A DNA stretch of 64,000 nt, from positions 646,854-710,853 of the forward strand of contig CBDESR010000005.1 of NCBI GenBank assembly GCA_965242615.1, written 5' to 3'. Below are positions 23,498 through 32,972 of this stretch, piece by piece. Under the pieces are notes generated by a model, which saw only the letters and a program-made list of their open reading frames with translations, was not told the DNA's origin and did not search any database. Positions within the stretch are counted from its first letter, which is position 1. Every line of letters starts with the position of its first letter. The DNA comes from Dehalococcoidia bacterium (GTDB taxonomy: Bacteria > Chloroflexota > Dehalococcoidia > Lucifugimonadales > UBA3495). Made by a program: the position numbers and the translations under genes.

Positions 23498-23911
23498 TTA
23501 GAGGTTCAGGGCTTCGAGGCCGACGCGGGCCAAGTCCTCGTCGGATTGGCCGCTGGGGTAGCCGCCGACGCCGATGCCGCCGAGGATGACGCCGTCTTTG
23601 ATGATGACGAGGCCGCCCTGGCCGTGGGTGAGGTTGGGGTCGCCGAGTTCGCTGATGCTGCGGCCCTGGCCGTGGAGGCGGGCGGCGTGGTCGCCGGTGT
23701 TGAGGCCCATAACGGCGGCGGTGTACGCCTTGCGGAGGGCGTGGCGGCGGCTGAACAGGCGGAGGTTGTCCATTTTGGCGTAGGCTTCGAGGTTGCCGGT
23801 GGCGTCGACGATAGCCATAGCGACGGGGGCGTCCGGGGTTTCCTGGGCTTTGGCCAGCATGGCGGCCATAGCGGCTTGGACTTGGGACAGTTTCAAGGCG
23901 GGTTCGGGCAT
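23498..23911 (-). CDS. GlcG/HbpS-family (DUF336) heme-binding protein
   Basis: VAMAIVDATGNL.., RKAYTAA.., GGLVIIKDGVILGGIGVGG. Confidence 0.75.
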   Translation of the reverse strand: MPEPALKLSQVQAAMAAMLAKAQETPDAPVAMAIVDATGNLEAYAKMDNLRLFSRRHALRKAYTAAVMGLNTGDHAARLHGQGRSISELGDPNLTHGQGGLVIIKDGVILGGIGVGGYPSGQSDEDLARVGLEALNL

Positions 23912-23950
23912 TGTTTTACCTCCGGTTGAATGGATTTGGGGTTACAAGGT

Positions 23951-24742
23951 TCAGGCTTGGAGGGCGGTTTCGACGCGGCGGCGGAAGTCCTCGGCGCCGA
24001 GGCGGAGCAGTCCCCAAGCGGAGACGGTTACGAAGTTGGCGCCGAGTTTGATGAATTCAGCGATGCCGGCGGCGTCAGCCGGGTTGTTGCCGCCAACACC
24101 GACATTTTTGCCGGCGGTGCGGATGCGGGGGATGGCGTCGGCCATTACTTGGCGGACTTGGGACTGGGGCGGGAAACCCATACTCTGGCTGAGGTCGCCG
24201 GCGGCGACATGGAGGACATCGACGCCGGGGACGGCGGTTATGTCATCCAGGTTGGCTACGGCGGCTTTTTCCTCGACCATGGGGATGACGAGGATTTGGG
24301 AGTTGACCCAACTGGTGGATTGGTCGCGGGTTACGCCGATGCCGTAGTCGTGGGGGCGGCCGCCGCCCATGCCGCGGTGGCCGTCGGGATGGTAGCGGGC
24401 GGCTTGGGCTACGGCGGCGGCTTGGGCTACGGCGGCGGCTTGGGGTCCGCTGTTGACATGGGGGACGATGATGCCCTGCAAGCCGCGGTCGAGGAAGCGG
24501 AGGATGGTGGAGTCGTGGTGGTTGGGGATGCGGGCAATGGGGGTGATGTGGAAGGATTCGGCGGCGCGCACCATATTTTCGACCTGGTCGAGGTGCATCG
24601 AGCCGTGTTCGCAGTCAATCATTACGAAGTCGAAGCCGAGGGCGCCGAAAATTTCGACGGTGTCCGGGGCGTAGCGGGTGATGATGGCGCCGAATACGGT
24701 TTCGCCGGCGGCTAGTTTGGCTTTGGTGGCGTTGGTTTGCAT
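23951..24742 (-). CDS. HpcH/HpaI-family aldolase
   Basis: GFDFVMIDCEHGS.., PIARIP.., GLQGIIVPHV. Contains the in-frame duplication AAAVAQAAAVAQAA. Confidence 0.75.
   Translation of the reverse strand: MQTNATKAKLAAGETVFGAIITRYAPDTVEIFGALGFDFVMIDCEHGSMHLDQVENMVRAAESFHITPIARIPNHHDSTILRFLDRGLQGIIVPHVNSGPQAAAVAQAAAVAQAARYHPDGHRGMGGGRPHDYGIGVTRDQSTSWVNSQILVIPMVEEKAAVANLDDITAVPGVDVLHVAAGDLSQSMGFPPQSQVRQVMADAIPRIRTAGKNVGVGGNNPADAAGIAEFIKLGANFVTVSAWGLLRLGAEDFRRRVETALQA
24401..24445. repeat. 18-bp in-frame tandem duplication (about 2.5 copies) inside the aldolase gene
   Basis: GGCTTGGGCTACGGCGGC twice, then GGCTTGGGG. Confidence 0.85.
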
Positions 24743-24922
24743 TGGGGGTACTGCTCCCGGTTCGGATGGATATGGGGCTGGGTTCAGGGGGGATTATAGG
24801 GCGTTTGGGGGATGGCGGCAATGGGGGGATTTTTTGCCCGGGAAAGGGAAGGCAGATGGTCAGGATGTTGGGGAAAGAGATGGGGTATAATGAGGGCAAG
24901 TTTCAGGAGAGAGTAACGCCTA

Positions 24923-25216
24923 ATGCGTATCTTTGTTAAAAGTACGTTGCAAGATTTCTGGGAACGCCATCCTGACGCGGAGGGGACGCCACGGCTTTGG
25001 TACAACCAGACCCAACAAGCGCGTTGGAATACGCCGGCTGAAGTAAGGGCGGACCATCCCACCGCCAGCATTCTCAGAAATGACCGAGTGGTTTTTCGCA
25101 TAAGGGGCAATGACTACCGCTTGGTAGTCCATATCCTCTACCGGTACGGCAGGGTTTATATCCGCTTCGTCGGCACCCACGCCGAATATGACCGCATCAA
25201 CGCCCTGGAGGTGTAA
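24923..25216 (+). CDS. higB: HigB-family toxin, third copy
   Basis: MRIFVKSTLQDFWERHPDAEG..LWY...ARWNTPAEV...RNDRVVFRIRGNDYRLVV...IRFVGTHAEYDRINALEV. Confidence 0.85.
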   Translation: MRIFVKSTLQDFWERHPDAEGTPRLWYNQTQQARWNTPAEVRADHPTASILRNDRVVFRIRGNDYRLVVHILYRYGRVYIRFVGTHAEYDRINALEV

Positions 25217-25218
25217 CA

Positions 25219-25605
25219 GTGGTAATCCAACAGAAGGAAGCTATCCTTACCGACGCCATTCTTACCGAGGAGGAGTACCGGCGGGCGGCGGAGCGGATTT
25301 GGGAGCTGTTTGACGCGGAACCCGGGACCCCGGAAGGAGAGGAATTCGAGGCTTTGGCGGCGCAGGTCGAGGCTTATGAGGAAATTCATTATCCGATAGA
25401 ACCGCCGCCGCCGGGGACTTGTATCCGGGTGCGGTTGGAGGATTTGGATCTATCGGAGGAGGCGCCGGTTTCCGTGATTGGCAGTCGGGCGGCGGTGACG
25501 GCGGTGCTGGCCGGGGAGCGGGAGCTGACGCCGCTGATGGCGGCGGATTTGGCGGAGTGGCTGATGATTCCGATGAATTTGCTGCTGCCGGGGGGCAAGG
25601 GGTAA
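25219..25605 (+). CDS. higA: HigA-like HTH antitoxin, third copy
   Basis: EEEYRRAAERIWELFDAEPGTPEGEEFEALAAQVEAYEEIHYPI. Starts 2 nt after the higB stop. Confidence 0.7.
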   Translation: MVIQQKEAILTDAILTEEEYRRAAERIWELFDAEPGTPEGEEFEALAAQVEAYEEIHYPIEPPPPGTCIRVRLEDLDLSEEAPVSVIGSRAAVTAVLAGERELTPLMAADLAEWLMIPMNLLLPGGKG

Positions 25606-25646
25606 GCCAGCCGCCTTTGCCGGGGGTAGTTGCGGTTAAAGGAAAA

Positions 25647-25681
25647 GCCCCGGCTTTGGGAGGGCCGGGGCGGTTGTTTTT
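25647..25681. terminator. Bidirectional terminator between convergent higA and the PLD gene
   Basis: GCCCCGGC-(loop)-GCCGGGGC, followed by GGTTGTTTTT on the plus strand and TTTTCCTTTAA on the minus strand. Confidence 0.6.
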
Positions 25682-25700
25682 GGCGCGGGGCGGCTTGGCA

Positions 25701-26441
25701 CTAAAGGGCGAACTCGAGGACGTCCTTGTATTTGCGGTAGCAGGAACGGCAGGCGGGCTTTTCCATAGTGGAGTCGTTTTCGTTGCCGCAGAGGTGGCAA
25801 TACTCCTCCGCGTACTCCGGGTTCTTAAACCGGTTCCATACTTGGTAGCAGCGATTGCAGTAAGGGCCGGGGTAGATAAAAGACACGGTAGTTCCGCAGC
25901 GGATGCAGAAAGCGGAGGTGGGTATCCCGAATGTGGGTTCGGGTTTGCTTGGGGCGGCTTTCGGGGCGAGCCGGGTTTTGGCTGCCGGGGCGGGTTTGGC
26001 GGTTGCGGCTTTGCGAACTTCACTGTTTTTCGCAATCCGCATCGCATCAGCGAGAACTTTGTCGTAAAGCTGCCGGTCATCTTTGGCGGATACGAGTATC
26101 CCCATTTCGTCGTTACCCTCGGAGAAATCATAAAGATTCATCGAGGTCACCAAGGCTACCTGCTCGTTAAGGTAGCATTTGGCGTGGAGGTAGCGACTGA
26201 ACTTGACTTCGACGGAAGGCAGGGTTTTGAGCCAGTCCCACTCTTGAGGCCGCAGCTCCTCTTTTCCGTAGATTACGGATATGCTCAATTCCGAACCGGA
26301 ATCGGCCCGGGCAACCAGCCGTTCCTTGATTTGCCGGTCAACCTTGATATAGGGGCTGATGAGGAGAAGTTGCTGCTTGGCGTCCTGGATGATGTTCTGG
26401 AGACCGGCAGCGATTTCTTTGGTGGTAAGGAAGTCGGCCAT
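25701..26441 (-). CDS. PLD/Nuc-like single-HKD nuclease domain fused to one 8-Cys zinc-ribbon module (246 aa)
   Basis: HKD-type block LHAKCYLNEQVALVTSMNL. C-terminus CIRC..YCNRC..YCHLCG..ACRSCYRKY (4 CxxC). Confidence 0.75.
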   Translation of the reverse strand: MADFLTTKEIAAGLQNIIQDAKQQLLLISPYIKVDRQIKERLVARADSGSELSISVIYGKEELRPQEWDWLKTLPSVEVKFSRYLHAKCYLNEQVALVTSMNLYDFSEGNDEMGILVSAKDDRQLYDKVLADAMRIAKNSEVRKAATAKPAPAAKTRLAPKAAPSKPEPTFGIPTSAFCIRCGTTVSFIYPGPYCNRCYQVWNRFKNPEYAEEYCHLCGNENDSTMEKPACRSCYRKYKDVLEFAL

Positions 26442-26589
26442 AGATAGAGATTCCCTCGGCTACGGGTTAAGGGGTTGACGCGGCTAATTGCTCGCGGCGG
26501 GTAGTGTAGCAAACTGCGGCGGCAACCGCAACCGGATTTGGCGGAGTTCTTAAAGGGCGTCAGTAGTTGGTGCTGGGGAAAATGCCGGT

Positions 26590-27603
26590 TCAGGAAAAGA
26601 AGTAGCTGTAGAAAAAGAACTCCCCTTGGTAAATCCGGTAACAACCCAAGCACAAGGGTTTGCGTATCGTACTCGTGTTAAACCCGCCGCAGATGTGGCA
26701 ATAACTCTCCCCGTACTCGGTATTACCGTACTTGTTCCACTCAGCAAAGCAACGGGAACAGTAGGGCTTGAGGGGTTCGAGGGGAATGACGGTTTTATCC
26801 CGGATGCAGTAACCCGAAGCGGGTATCCCGATAGAAGGCTCCGGTTTCCTTGGGGTGGCTCCAATGGGAGGATGCTCAGCAAAATAGGCTGCGGTTTCAG
26901 CAGTAAGGAAATTGACTTCCTCAAAAAAGTCGTTATATTTCCGATAGCAGGAGACGCAGAAGGGTTTAGCCATAGTCGCGGTATGCTGGTTGCCGCAGAT
27001 ATGGCAATACTTCTCTGGGTAATTTTCGTTTTGCCAACGGCTCCAAGATTCGAAACAATCCCAACAGTAGGGAAACTCGGGGTCGGTCTCTATGTCAGCC
27101 TTGCACCGGATACAAGAACCCGGCCACGGGATAGACAAGTCATCGTCAAGTTCACCGCCGGAGGGTTTGGACTTGGCAACTTCCAAAATAACTTGGCTCA
27201 TCCGGGCAATCCGGTCAGCTTCTTTACGAACATCCTCATAAAGTTGTATTTCCTGACCTTGGCGGGATACCAGCAAGCCCATTTCCAAGTTGTTCTCTTG
27301 GGAGAACTGGTACAGATTCATCGAGGTCAGGATGGCCTGCTTTTCGTTCAGGTAACACTTCGCGTGGAGGTCTTTATGGTAGCAGACCTTGACCGAATTC
27401 AGGGATTCGAGCCACTGCTCCTCTGCCTGTATCCGCTCTTTCCGACAGACTACAAGGACATCCACGTCCGTGTGAACAAGGAGTTCTTGAATACGGGGAT
27501 TAACCTTGAGATAGGGGCTGATAATCACCAGACGCTCGTCGGCGTTCTTGATGATTTGGCTGAGTTCGGCGGAAATGCCTTGGGTATCAAGGAACTTGAC
27601 CAT
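26590..27603 (-). CDS. PLD/Nuc-like nuclease domain fused to two 8-Cys zinc-ribbon modules (337 aa)
   Basis: LHAKCYLNEKQAILTSMNL. Two modules: CIRC..YCWDC..YCHICG..FCVSCYRKY and CIRD..YCSRC..YCHICG..LCLGCYRIY. The start lies 36 nt downstream of the tRNA-Ala CCA end. Confidence 0.75.
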   Translation of the reverse strand: MVKFLDTQGISAELSQIIKNADERLVIISPYLKVNPRIQELLVHTDVDVLVVCRKERIQAEEQWLESLNSVKVCYHKDLHAKCYLNEKQAILTSMNLYQFSQENNLEMGLLVSRQGQEIQLYEDVRKEADRIARMSQVILEVAKSKPSGGELDDDLSIPWPGSCIRCKADIETDPEFPYCWDCFESWSRWQNENYPEKYCHICGNQHTATMAKPFCVSCYRKYNDFFEEVNFLTAETAAYFAEHPPIGATPRKPEPSIGIPASGYCIRDKTVIPLEPLKPYCSRCFAEWNKYGNTEYGESYCHICGGFNTSTIRKPLCLGCYRIYQGEFFFYSYFFS

Positions 27604-27639
27604 AAGGCAAAGGATACCTCAAAGGCGGGTTAAGGGGAG

Positions 27640-27715
27640 TGGTGGAGCTGGGGGGACTCGAACCCCCTACCTCTTCAATGCCATTGAAGCGCTCTCCCAG
27701 ATGAGCTACAGCCCC
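27640..27715 (-). tRNA. tRNA-Ala (anticodon GGC), CCA encoded
   Basis: GGGGCTGTAGCTCATCTGGGAGAGCGCTTCAATGGCATTGAAGAGGTAGGGGGTTCGAGTCCCCCCAGCTCCACCA folds as a cloverleaf. It has the G3:U70 Ala identity pair, anticodon loop AT-GGC-AT and T-loop GGTTCGAGTCC. Confidence 0.95.
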
Positions 27716-27855
27716 ATTAAAGCGGCGCGGGCTTGGGGAAAGCCCGGGTTAGGTATTTTAGCAGATGACGGGGGTGGTTGCAACCGGGTTTTTGGGGGAT
27801 TTCCGGATTCCCGTTTGCACGGAAATGAAGGTAGGGGCTACGGCATATTCCGAGG

Positions 27856-29205
27856 TTAGTTGTCGGGTTGCTCCGGCGGGGGGGCGGGCATTTGCATTGC
27901 GCGGATTTCGGGGCGCAGGGCGGTGATGAGGGCAAGGAGGATTATCAGGGCGCCGGAGCCGACGAAAACCCATTCCAGGCTGAGCTTAATCAGGAAGCCG
28001 GAGATTAAACTGGAAGCCGGGCCGAGGCCGACGGTGGCGACCATCAAGAGGCTCATTACCCGGCCCAACATTCTTTGGGGGGTGCGGAGTTGAATCCAGG
28101 TGGTCAAAAGGACATCAAAGTAGCCGCCGGAAACGCCGATAATGAGGGCGATGGCGGCCGCCAGCAACATTGAGGTGAGGAAGCCGAAGGGCATAATCAG
28201 GAGGCCGGAGAGGGTAAATAGGGCAACGATAAGGAGGCCCAAGCGGCGTTGGGGAGGGGAGAGCAGTCCCGCCAAGCCGGAGCCGGTCAAGGCTCCGGCG
28301 GCGTGGGCGGAGGCGATTATCCCCAAGGCCAGCGCGCCTTGGGGCATTTTGCTGTTGGCCAGAATGGGGATGCCAACTATAACCGGGCCTTCGACCAGCA
28401 GTTCGACGCCGGCAATAAGGAGAAAGAGGGTGAACATTGCGGTGTCGGCGCGGACGAAGCGGATGCCCTGGAGGATGGAGCGGAGGATGCCGGCGTTGGC
28501 CGGGTCGTCGGGATTGTCGGAGTCGGCGGCGTCCGGGGCGGCGTTGGCTACGCGGAGGAAGGTCAGGAGCAGGGCGGAAAGGAGAAAGACGATGGCGACG
28601 CTGCTAAAGACCAATGCCAAGCCGGTTAAGCCGGCAGCGGCCGGGGCGGTGCCGGCGCCGGTCAAGCCGGAAAGGGCGGCCGAGGCGGCGCCGCTGCCGT
28701 TGCTGAACAGGGCAATCAGCGCGCCGGCCAAGGCGGGGCCGAGGATGCCGCTGATCTGAAAGGTGGTCTGAACGACGGCGTTGCCCTGGCGCAGCTGGTT
28801 GGGGGAAACGATGCGGGGGAGCAGCGCGCCCTGGGCCGGGTAGTAGAGGGCATCGGCTAGTCCTTTGAGCAGAGCCAGGGGGTAGATGAACCAGAGGTCG
28901 ATTTGGCCGGTTAAAATCAGGGCGGCCAGGGCAGCGCCTAGGATCAGGCGGAGCAGGTTGCTGGACTGCATGATCAGCCGGGGGGAGAAACGGTCCACCA
29001 GGCCGCCGCCCAAGAGCATAAAAAAGACGGTGGGGGCGTTGCCGATGGCAATTACCGTGCCTACGGCTACCGGGTCGCCGGTCAATAGCAGTACCAGCCA
29101 AGGAAAGGCAATCAGGTCGAACTGGTCGCCAACGGCGGAAAGGCCGCCGGCGCCCCAGAGGAGGCGGAAGTTGCGGGAGCGGAGGAGTTGGCGGAGTCCG
29201 TGCAT
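27856..29205 (-). CDS. MFS transporter
   Basis: LRSRNFRLLWGAGGLSAVGDQ.. N-terminus typical of MFS_3/EntS-like exporters, with about 12 hydrophobic segments. Confidence 0.75.
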   Translation of the reverse strand: MHGLRQLLRSRNFRLLWGAGGLSAVGDQFDLIAFPWLVLLLTGDPVAVGTVIAIGNAPTVFFMLLGGGLVDRFSPRLIMQSSNLLRLILGAALAALILTGQIDLWFIYPLALLKGLADALYYPAQGALLPRIVSPNQLRQGNAVVQTTFQISGILGPALAGALIALFSNGSGAASAALSGLTGAGTAPAAAGLTGLALVFSSVAIVFLLSALLLTFLRVANAAPDAADSDNPDDPANAGILRSILQGIRFVRADTAMFTLFLLIAGVELLVEGPVIVGIPILANSKMPQGALALGIIASAHAAGALTGSGLAGLLSPPQRRLGLLIVALFTLSGLLIMPFGFLTSMLLAAAIALIIGVSGGYFDVLLTTWIQLRTPQRMLGRVMSLLMVATVGLGPASSLISGFLIKLSLEWVFVGSGALIILLALITALRPEIRAMQMPAPPPEQPDN

Positions 29206-29333
29206 AGGGGTGGTATTTTAACGGAATTGGGGGGATTTTAGCGGTTTCCCGCCCATCCTAAACCTGTCGCAGGATGAACGGAAAACCGCCGGCTACAGAC
29301 CCAATCCGAGCAGCGGCAGCGCAAGCCGAGCCG

Positions 29334-30254
29334 TCAGGACTGGCGGACGAATTTTACTACCGTGCGGCCCTGGCTGCCTTCGTAGGGTTCGACGACATAA
29401 AGATCTTTGTGGGAGTCAACCCAAATGCCGTGACAGGAGCGGTGGGTCATCGAACCCCATTGGGCCAGAAGTTCACCCTCGAGGTTGAGGATGCTGACCA
29501 AGCCGCCGTTGTGTTCGGCGACATAGACAATATCATCATCGTCCACATACATTACGGCCGGGCCAATCAGCTTGGTGGGAAAGTCGGTGAGGTGGCTGCC
29601 ATCCTGGTCGAAAACCTGGATGCGGTCATTTTCCCGGTCGGCAATCAACAGGCGGGCTTTGCGGTCAATCCACGCGCCGTGCGGCAGGTTGAACTGGCCG
29701 GGGCCGGAACCGGGCCCGCCCCAAGATTTGATCAGCTGACCCTCCGGGGTAAAGTGGTGGACGCGGGCGTTGGCGTAGCCGTCAGCGATAAAGATTTCCC
29801 CGGCGGCGTTGACGGCAATGCCGGCCGGCAGGTTGAACGGTTCGGCGCCGCGCACCACATCGGGCCAGGCGTTGGAACTGATGACGGTGTTGTCCACGCC
29901 GGTGTCGGAGCGGTAGCCCTTGACGCCAATGGTCATCAGCAGCTGCCCGTCTTGGGTGAACTTCATAATCTGGCCGTCATTGCGCTCGACCAGCCAGACA
30001 TTGTCCTCCGGGTCGATGATGATGGCGTGGGGAAAGCTGAACATACCCGCGCCCCAGGAATTCAGGTAGTTGCCCTCCCGGTCAAAGATGACGATGGGAT
30101 GGTCGGGGTCGCGGTTGAAACAATAGACCCGGTCTTGGGAATCGCCATAAACGGCGGCGGCCGGCATCGCCCAGCCGGCGGGAAGTTTGGCCCAATGGGT
30201 GTGCATTTCGTAGGTGTATTGGCCGCCGCCAACGATGGGATTAGCAGTAGTCAA
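29334..30254 (-). CDS. NHL-repeat six-bladed beta-propeller protein (peptidyl-alpha-hydroxyglycine lyase-like)
   Basis: Repeated blocks: ..PHAIIIDPEDNVWLVERNDGQIMKF.., ..PAGIAVNAAGEIFIADGYAN.RVHHF.., ..PHGAWIDRKARLLIADRENDRIQVF. Confidence 0.65.
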   Translation of the reverse strand: MTTANPIVGGGQYTYEMHTHWAKLPAGWAMPAAAVYGDSQDRVYCFNRDPDHPIVIFDREGNYLNSWGAGMFSFPHAIIIDPEDNVWLVERNDGQIMKFTQDGQLLMTIGVKGYRSDTGVDNTVISSNAWPDVVRGAEPFNLPAGIAVNAAGEIFIADGYANARVHHFTPEGQLIKSWGGPGSGPGQFNLPHGAWIDRKARLLIADRENDRIQVFDQDGSHLTDFPTKLIGPAVMYVDDDDIVYVAEHNGGLVSILNLEGELLAQWGSMTHRSCHGIWVDSHKDLYVVEPYEGSQGRTVVKFVRQS

Positions 30255-30421
30255 GGCGCGCCTCCTTGGGGTCAGGATGGGGTAGCTGCGGGTTTTGCCG
30301 GGGCGATTATGGCAGGGATGGGGTAGAAGGTCAAATGCGGGTCAGGAATTGCGGGAGTGGGGACGGCATTGACCGGGATGGGGCGGATTCGGGATTCCCG
30401 AGAAAACGAGAATACCGATAA

Positions 30422-32068
30422 TCACCGCCCGTCCGCCGCCCCGCTATTTTCCGCCGCCGGTACTGCCGCCCGCGCTGCCAACTGCCGCCCCCGCCGGGAA
30501 CGCCGCCAACGGATAATTCCATAGACGATAGCCGCCATTCCCAGCCACAGCGGACTGAAAATCCCCAGCCAAATCAGCAGCGTCCCCAACCCTTGCCCTA
30601 CCACCGACAAAGCCCGGGTCGCCGTCCGGGCCGTATCCCCAGCACTCCAGCCGCCAATTACCAGCCCCCGCGCCGCAATAACCTCGACCCACCGGGAACT
30701 GAAACCCTCCACCGGCCCGGCCGCGCTTTGCGCCGTCACCGTCAAGGTAACTTCATAGGGCTGCGGCCGATAGTCCCGGTAGGTATGGGTAGCAAAAGCA
30801 TTGGTAACGCCCGGTTCCGGGATGCCGCTTACTGGAGCCGTGCCGTCCCCGAAATCCCACCGGTATTGAATATCCCGCAGCCCCTCCGGGCGGGTAAAAG
30901 AACCCCGCAGCGTCACTGCCGTATCCTCCTCGACCACTATGCCCTCCCCGGCAAAAACCTCAATCGTCGGCGCCCGCGTAACCGTGGCAATCAGCGTGTC
31001 CGAACCCTCCACCACCCCGGCCGGCCCGGTGCCGCGTATTTCCAACTGAACGATGTAGGGCGAATCCCGGTCATCGTCATAAAAATGGTTCACCGTGGCC
31101 GTTACCCGCTGCCCCGGTTCGGTAGTCGGCGCGCTGCTGTCGCCCCGAACCGGTTCGCTGCCATCCCCAAAATCCCAGGTAAATTCAAAATCCTCAATGC
31201 CGACCGGCGGGGTGAAGTAAGCCCGAAACCGACCCGCTTGCCCCACTCCGAAAGTGCGGTCCGCCCCCGCATCTACCGCCAGCGGCTGCGGCGCCAACCG
31301 CAGGTTCACATTGATTAGGGAATAGGCCGCCGTCTGCTCCAGATACTTGATGCGCCCCAGCAGACCCTCAATCTCCGCCTGCACTTGGGCCAATTCCGCC
31401 CGCACCAAAAGCGTATCCTCGACATTGGACGCTTGACTCAGCAGTTCCAGCAGCGACTCCTCCGTAGCCCGCAGGCTCCGCACCCGGGAGTTGCTGTCCA
31501 CATACTCATCGGTTACATCCTGACTGGTCGAGGACTCCGCCGCCACTTCCACCGCCAGTTGCCGCAGCTGCCGGACGGCATCATCCAGGGATTGGGCCGG
31601 CACCCGTATGGCAATCGCGCCGGCGTGCCGGGAACTGCGGTCGCTCGACACCACCCAGCCGTCCAGATCCACCGCCACCCGCCCGATTTCATCCACCACC
31701 CCGGACACCTCGGCAACCACCAGCATCATCGCCACCGTCCGCACGATTATGCGGTTCTGGGTAGCTACTGACGCTTGTATCTGCTGGTAAGAGGGCGCGA
31801 CAAAGCCGGCGGATTGGGCGGCGCTGCCGGCAACGGACTCCCCGGCTACATCGGACATCGCAGCCGGGGCCGGCGCAACTTCCACCGCCCGCGCCATTTC
31901 CACGCTTTCACTCATGGACACACCGCCTTCGACCATGGCCGACGCCATTTCCGCGCTGTCGCCCATTTCCGGCGCAGCCAAGTAAGCTGACTCCGTTGCG
32001 GACTGGCCGCACCCGGCCAGAGCAACCGCCATCATCAATAGCAACGGTAGGAACAAGTAAGCTTTCAT
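30422..32068 (-). CDS. DUF4349-domain lipoprotein with two PKD-like repeats and a C-terminal TM anchor
   Basis: Lipobox LAGC. DUF4349-like core: IAIRVPAQSLDDAV..LRQL..DVTDEYVDSNSRVRSLRATEESLLELL. Two repeats of F.WDFGDG. Confidence 0.65.
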   Translation of the reverse strand: MKAYLFLPLLLMMAVALAGCGQSATESAYLAAPEMGDSAEMASAMVEGGVSMSESVEMARAVEVAPAPAAMSDVAGESVAGSAAQSAGFVAPSYQQIQASVATQNRIIVRTVAMMLVVAEVSGVVDEIGRVAVDLDGWVVSSDRSSRHAGAIAIRVPAQSLDDAVRQLRQLAVEVAAESSTSQDVTDEYVDSNSRVRSLRATEESLLELLSQASNVEDTLLVRAELAQVQAEIEGLLGRIKYLEQTAAYSLINVNLRLAPQPLAVDAGADRTFGVGQAGRFRAYFTPPVGIEDFEFTWDFGDGSEPVRGDSSAPTTEPGQRVTATVNHFYDDDRDSPYIVQLEIRGTGPAGVVEGSDTLIATVTRAPTIEVFAGEGIVVEEDTAVTLRGSFTRPEGLRDIQYRWDFGDGTAPVSGIPEPGVTNAFATHTYRDYRPQPYEVTLTVTAQSAAGPVEGFSSRWVEVIAARGLVIGGWSAGDTARTATRALSVVGQGLGTLLIWLGIFSPLWLGMAAIVYGIIRWRRSRRGRQLAARAAVPAAENSGAADGR

Positions 32069-32245
32069 CACGGTAAGGATACACGGTACCGGCGGTTTAA
32101 GCAAGGATGACGCTTCGTCGGGCTGCCTATTCCTGTACCGCCTACAGTAGTTTGCCGGGGTTAGCTACATTTCGGGAATGCAGCTAACCCCGGCTTGGTT
32201 ATCCGGTCAATTCAAATGCCCCGTCTCCCCGGGTCGGGGCGGCAA

Positions 32246-32932
32246 CTAACTGAAAAACCGGAAAATGCCGGTCTGGTCATCATGGCGGAAACGGCCGCCC
32301 AACAATTCCGGGGTAATGCCGCGTTCCAGCCGGTCGTCGATGGCGGTTTTGACGGCGGCGGCGGCGGACTCCGGATCGGCGGACTGACGCACCATTGCCG
32401 CCAGTTCCGCCGGGTTCACATTGTCGGTTACGCCGTCGGAGGCGGTTATCAGACGGTCGCCGGGCTGCAAATCGGTTTCGGCGCGGTGGAGATTCAAGTC
32501 GGCCCCGGCGCCGATGGCTTTAGCCGTCCCCATCCGCAGGATGCCGCCAATGCGCCCGGAAAGCTGCTGATGGGCTTCGCCGCGGATCTGAAACACCGGG
32601 CTGTCCCCGGCACTGATGATGTAAAGGGGTCCGCCGAGGAAAAGGGCTACCGATACGGTAGTCAGCAGGAAACGGCCGCCGCCAACCTGGAAAAAATCGG
32701 CGTTCTGCTCCTCCAGGGCGGCGACAACATCCCCGGGGCCGGCAATGGCGGCGGCGTCCAAGGCGGCGGCCACGGAGCGGCTGGCTTCCTCGCCGCCGTG
32801 GCCGGTTACCCCGTCCATCACGGCGTCCAGGAAATGGCCGCCGCCCAAGTCTTTAATCAGGTAGGTATCCTCACCGTGGGTCGAGTTATCGTAAAGGGTT
32901 GCCACGCTGCTGGCCAGGGTCGGGTCTGCCAT
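32246..32932 (-). CDS. PP2C-family Ser/Thr protein phosphatase
   Basis: GEDTYL.., AVMDGVTGHGG.., ISAGDSP.., LITASDGVTDNV. Confidence 0.75.
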   Translation of the reverse strand: MADPTLASSVATLYDNSTHGEDTYLIKDLGGGHFLDAVMDGVTGHGGEEASRSVAAALDAAAIAGPGDVVAALEEQNADFFQVGGGRFLLTTVSVALFLGGPLYIISAGDSPVFQIRGEAHQQLSGRIGGILRMGTAKAIGAGADLNLHRAETDLQPGDRLITASDGVTDNVNPAELAAMVRQSADPESAAAAVKTAIDDRLERGITPELLGGRFRHDDQTGIFRFFS

Positions 32933-32972
32933 ATTCAGAACCTCTAGCTCAAGAATGTTTTATCCCGTTTCC

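Noticed and set aside
24750-27640. Classical tRNA-integrated island with attL/attR and an integrase
   Set aside because: I could find no integrase gene and no direct repeat of the tRNA-Ala 3' end by eye between 24750 and 27640. Only the low GC and the position argue for acquisition.
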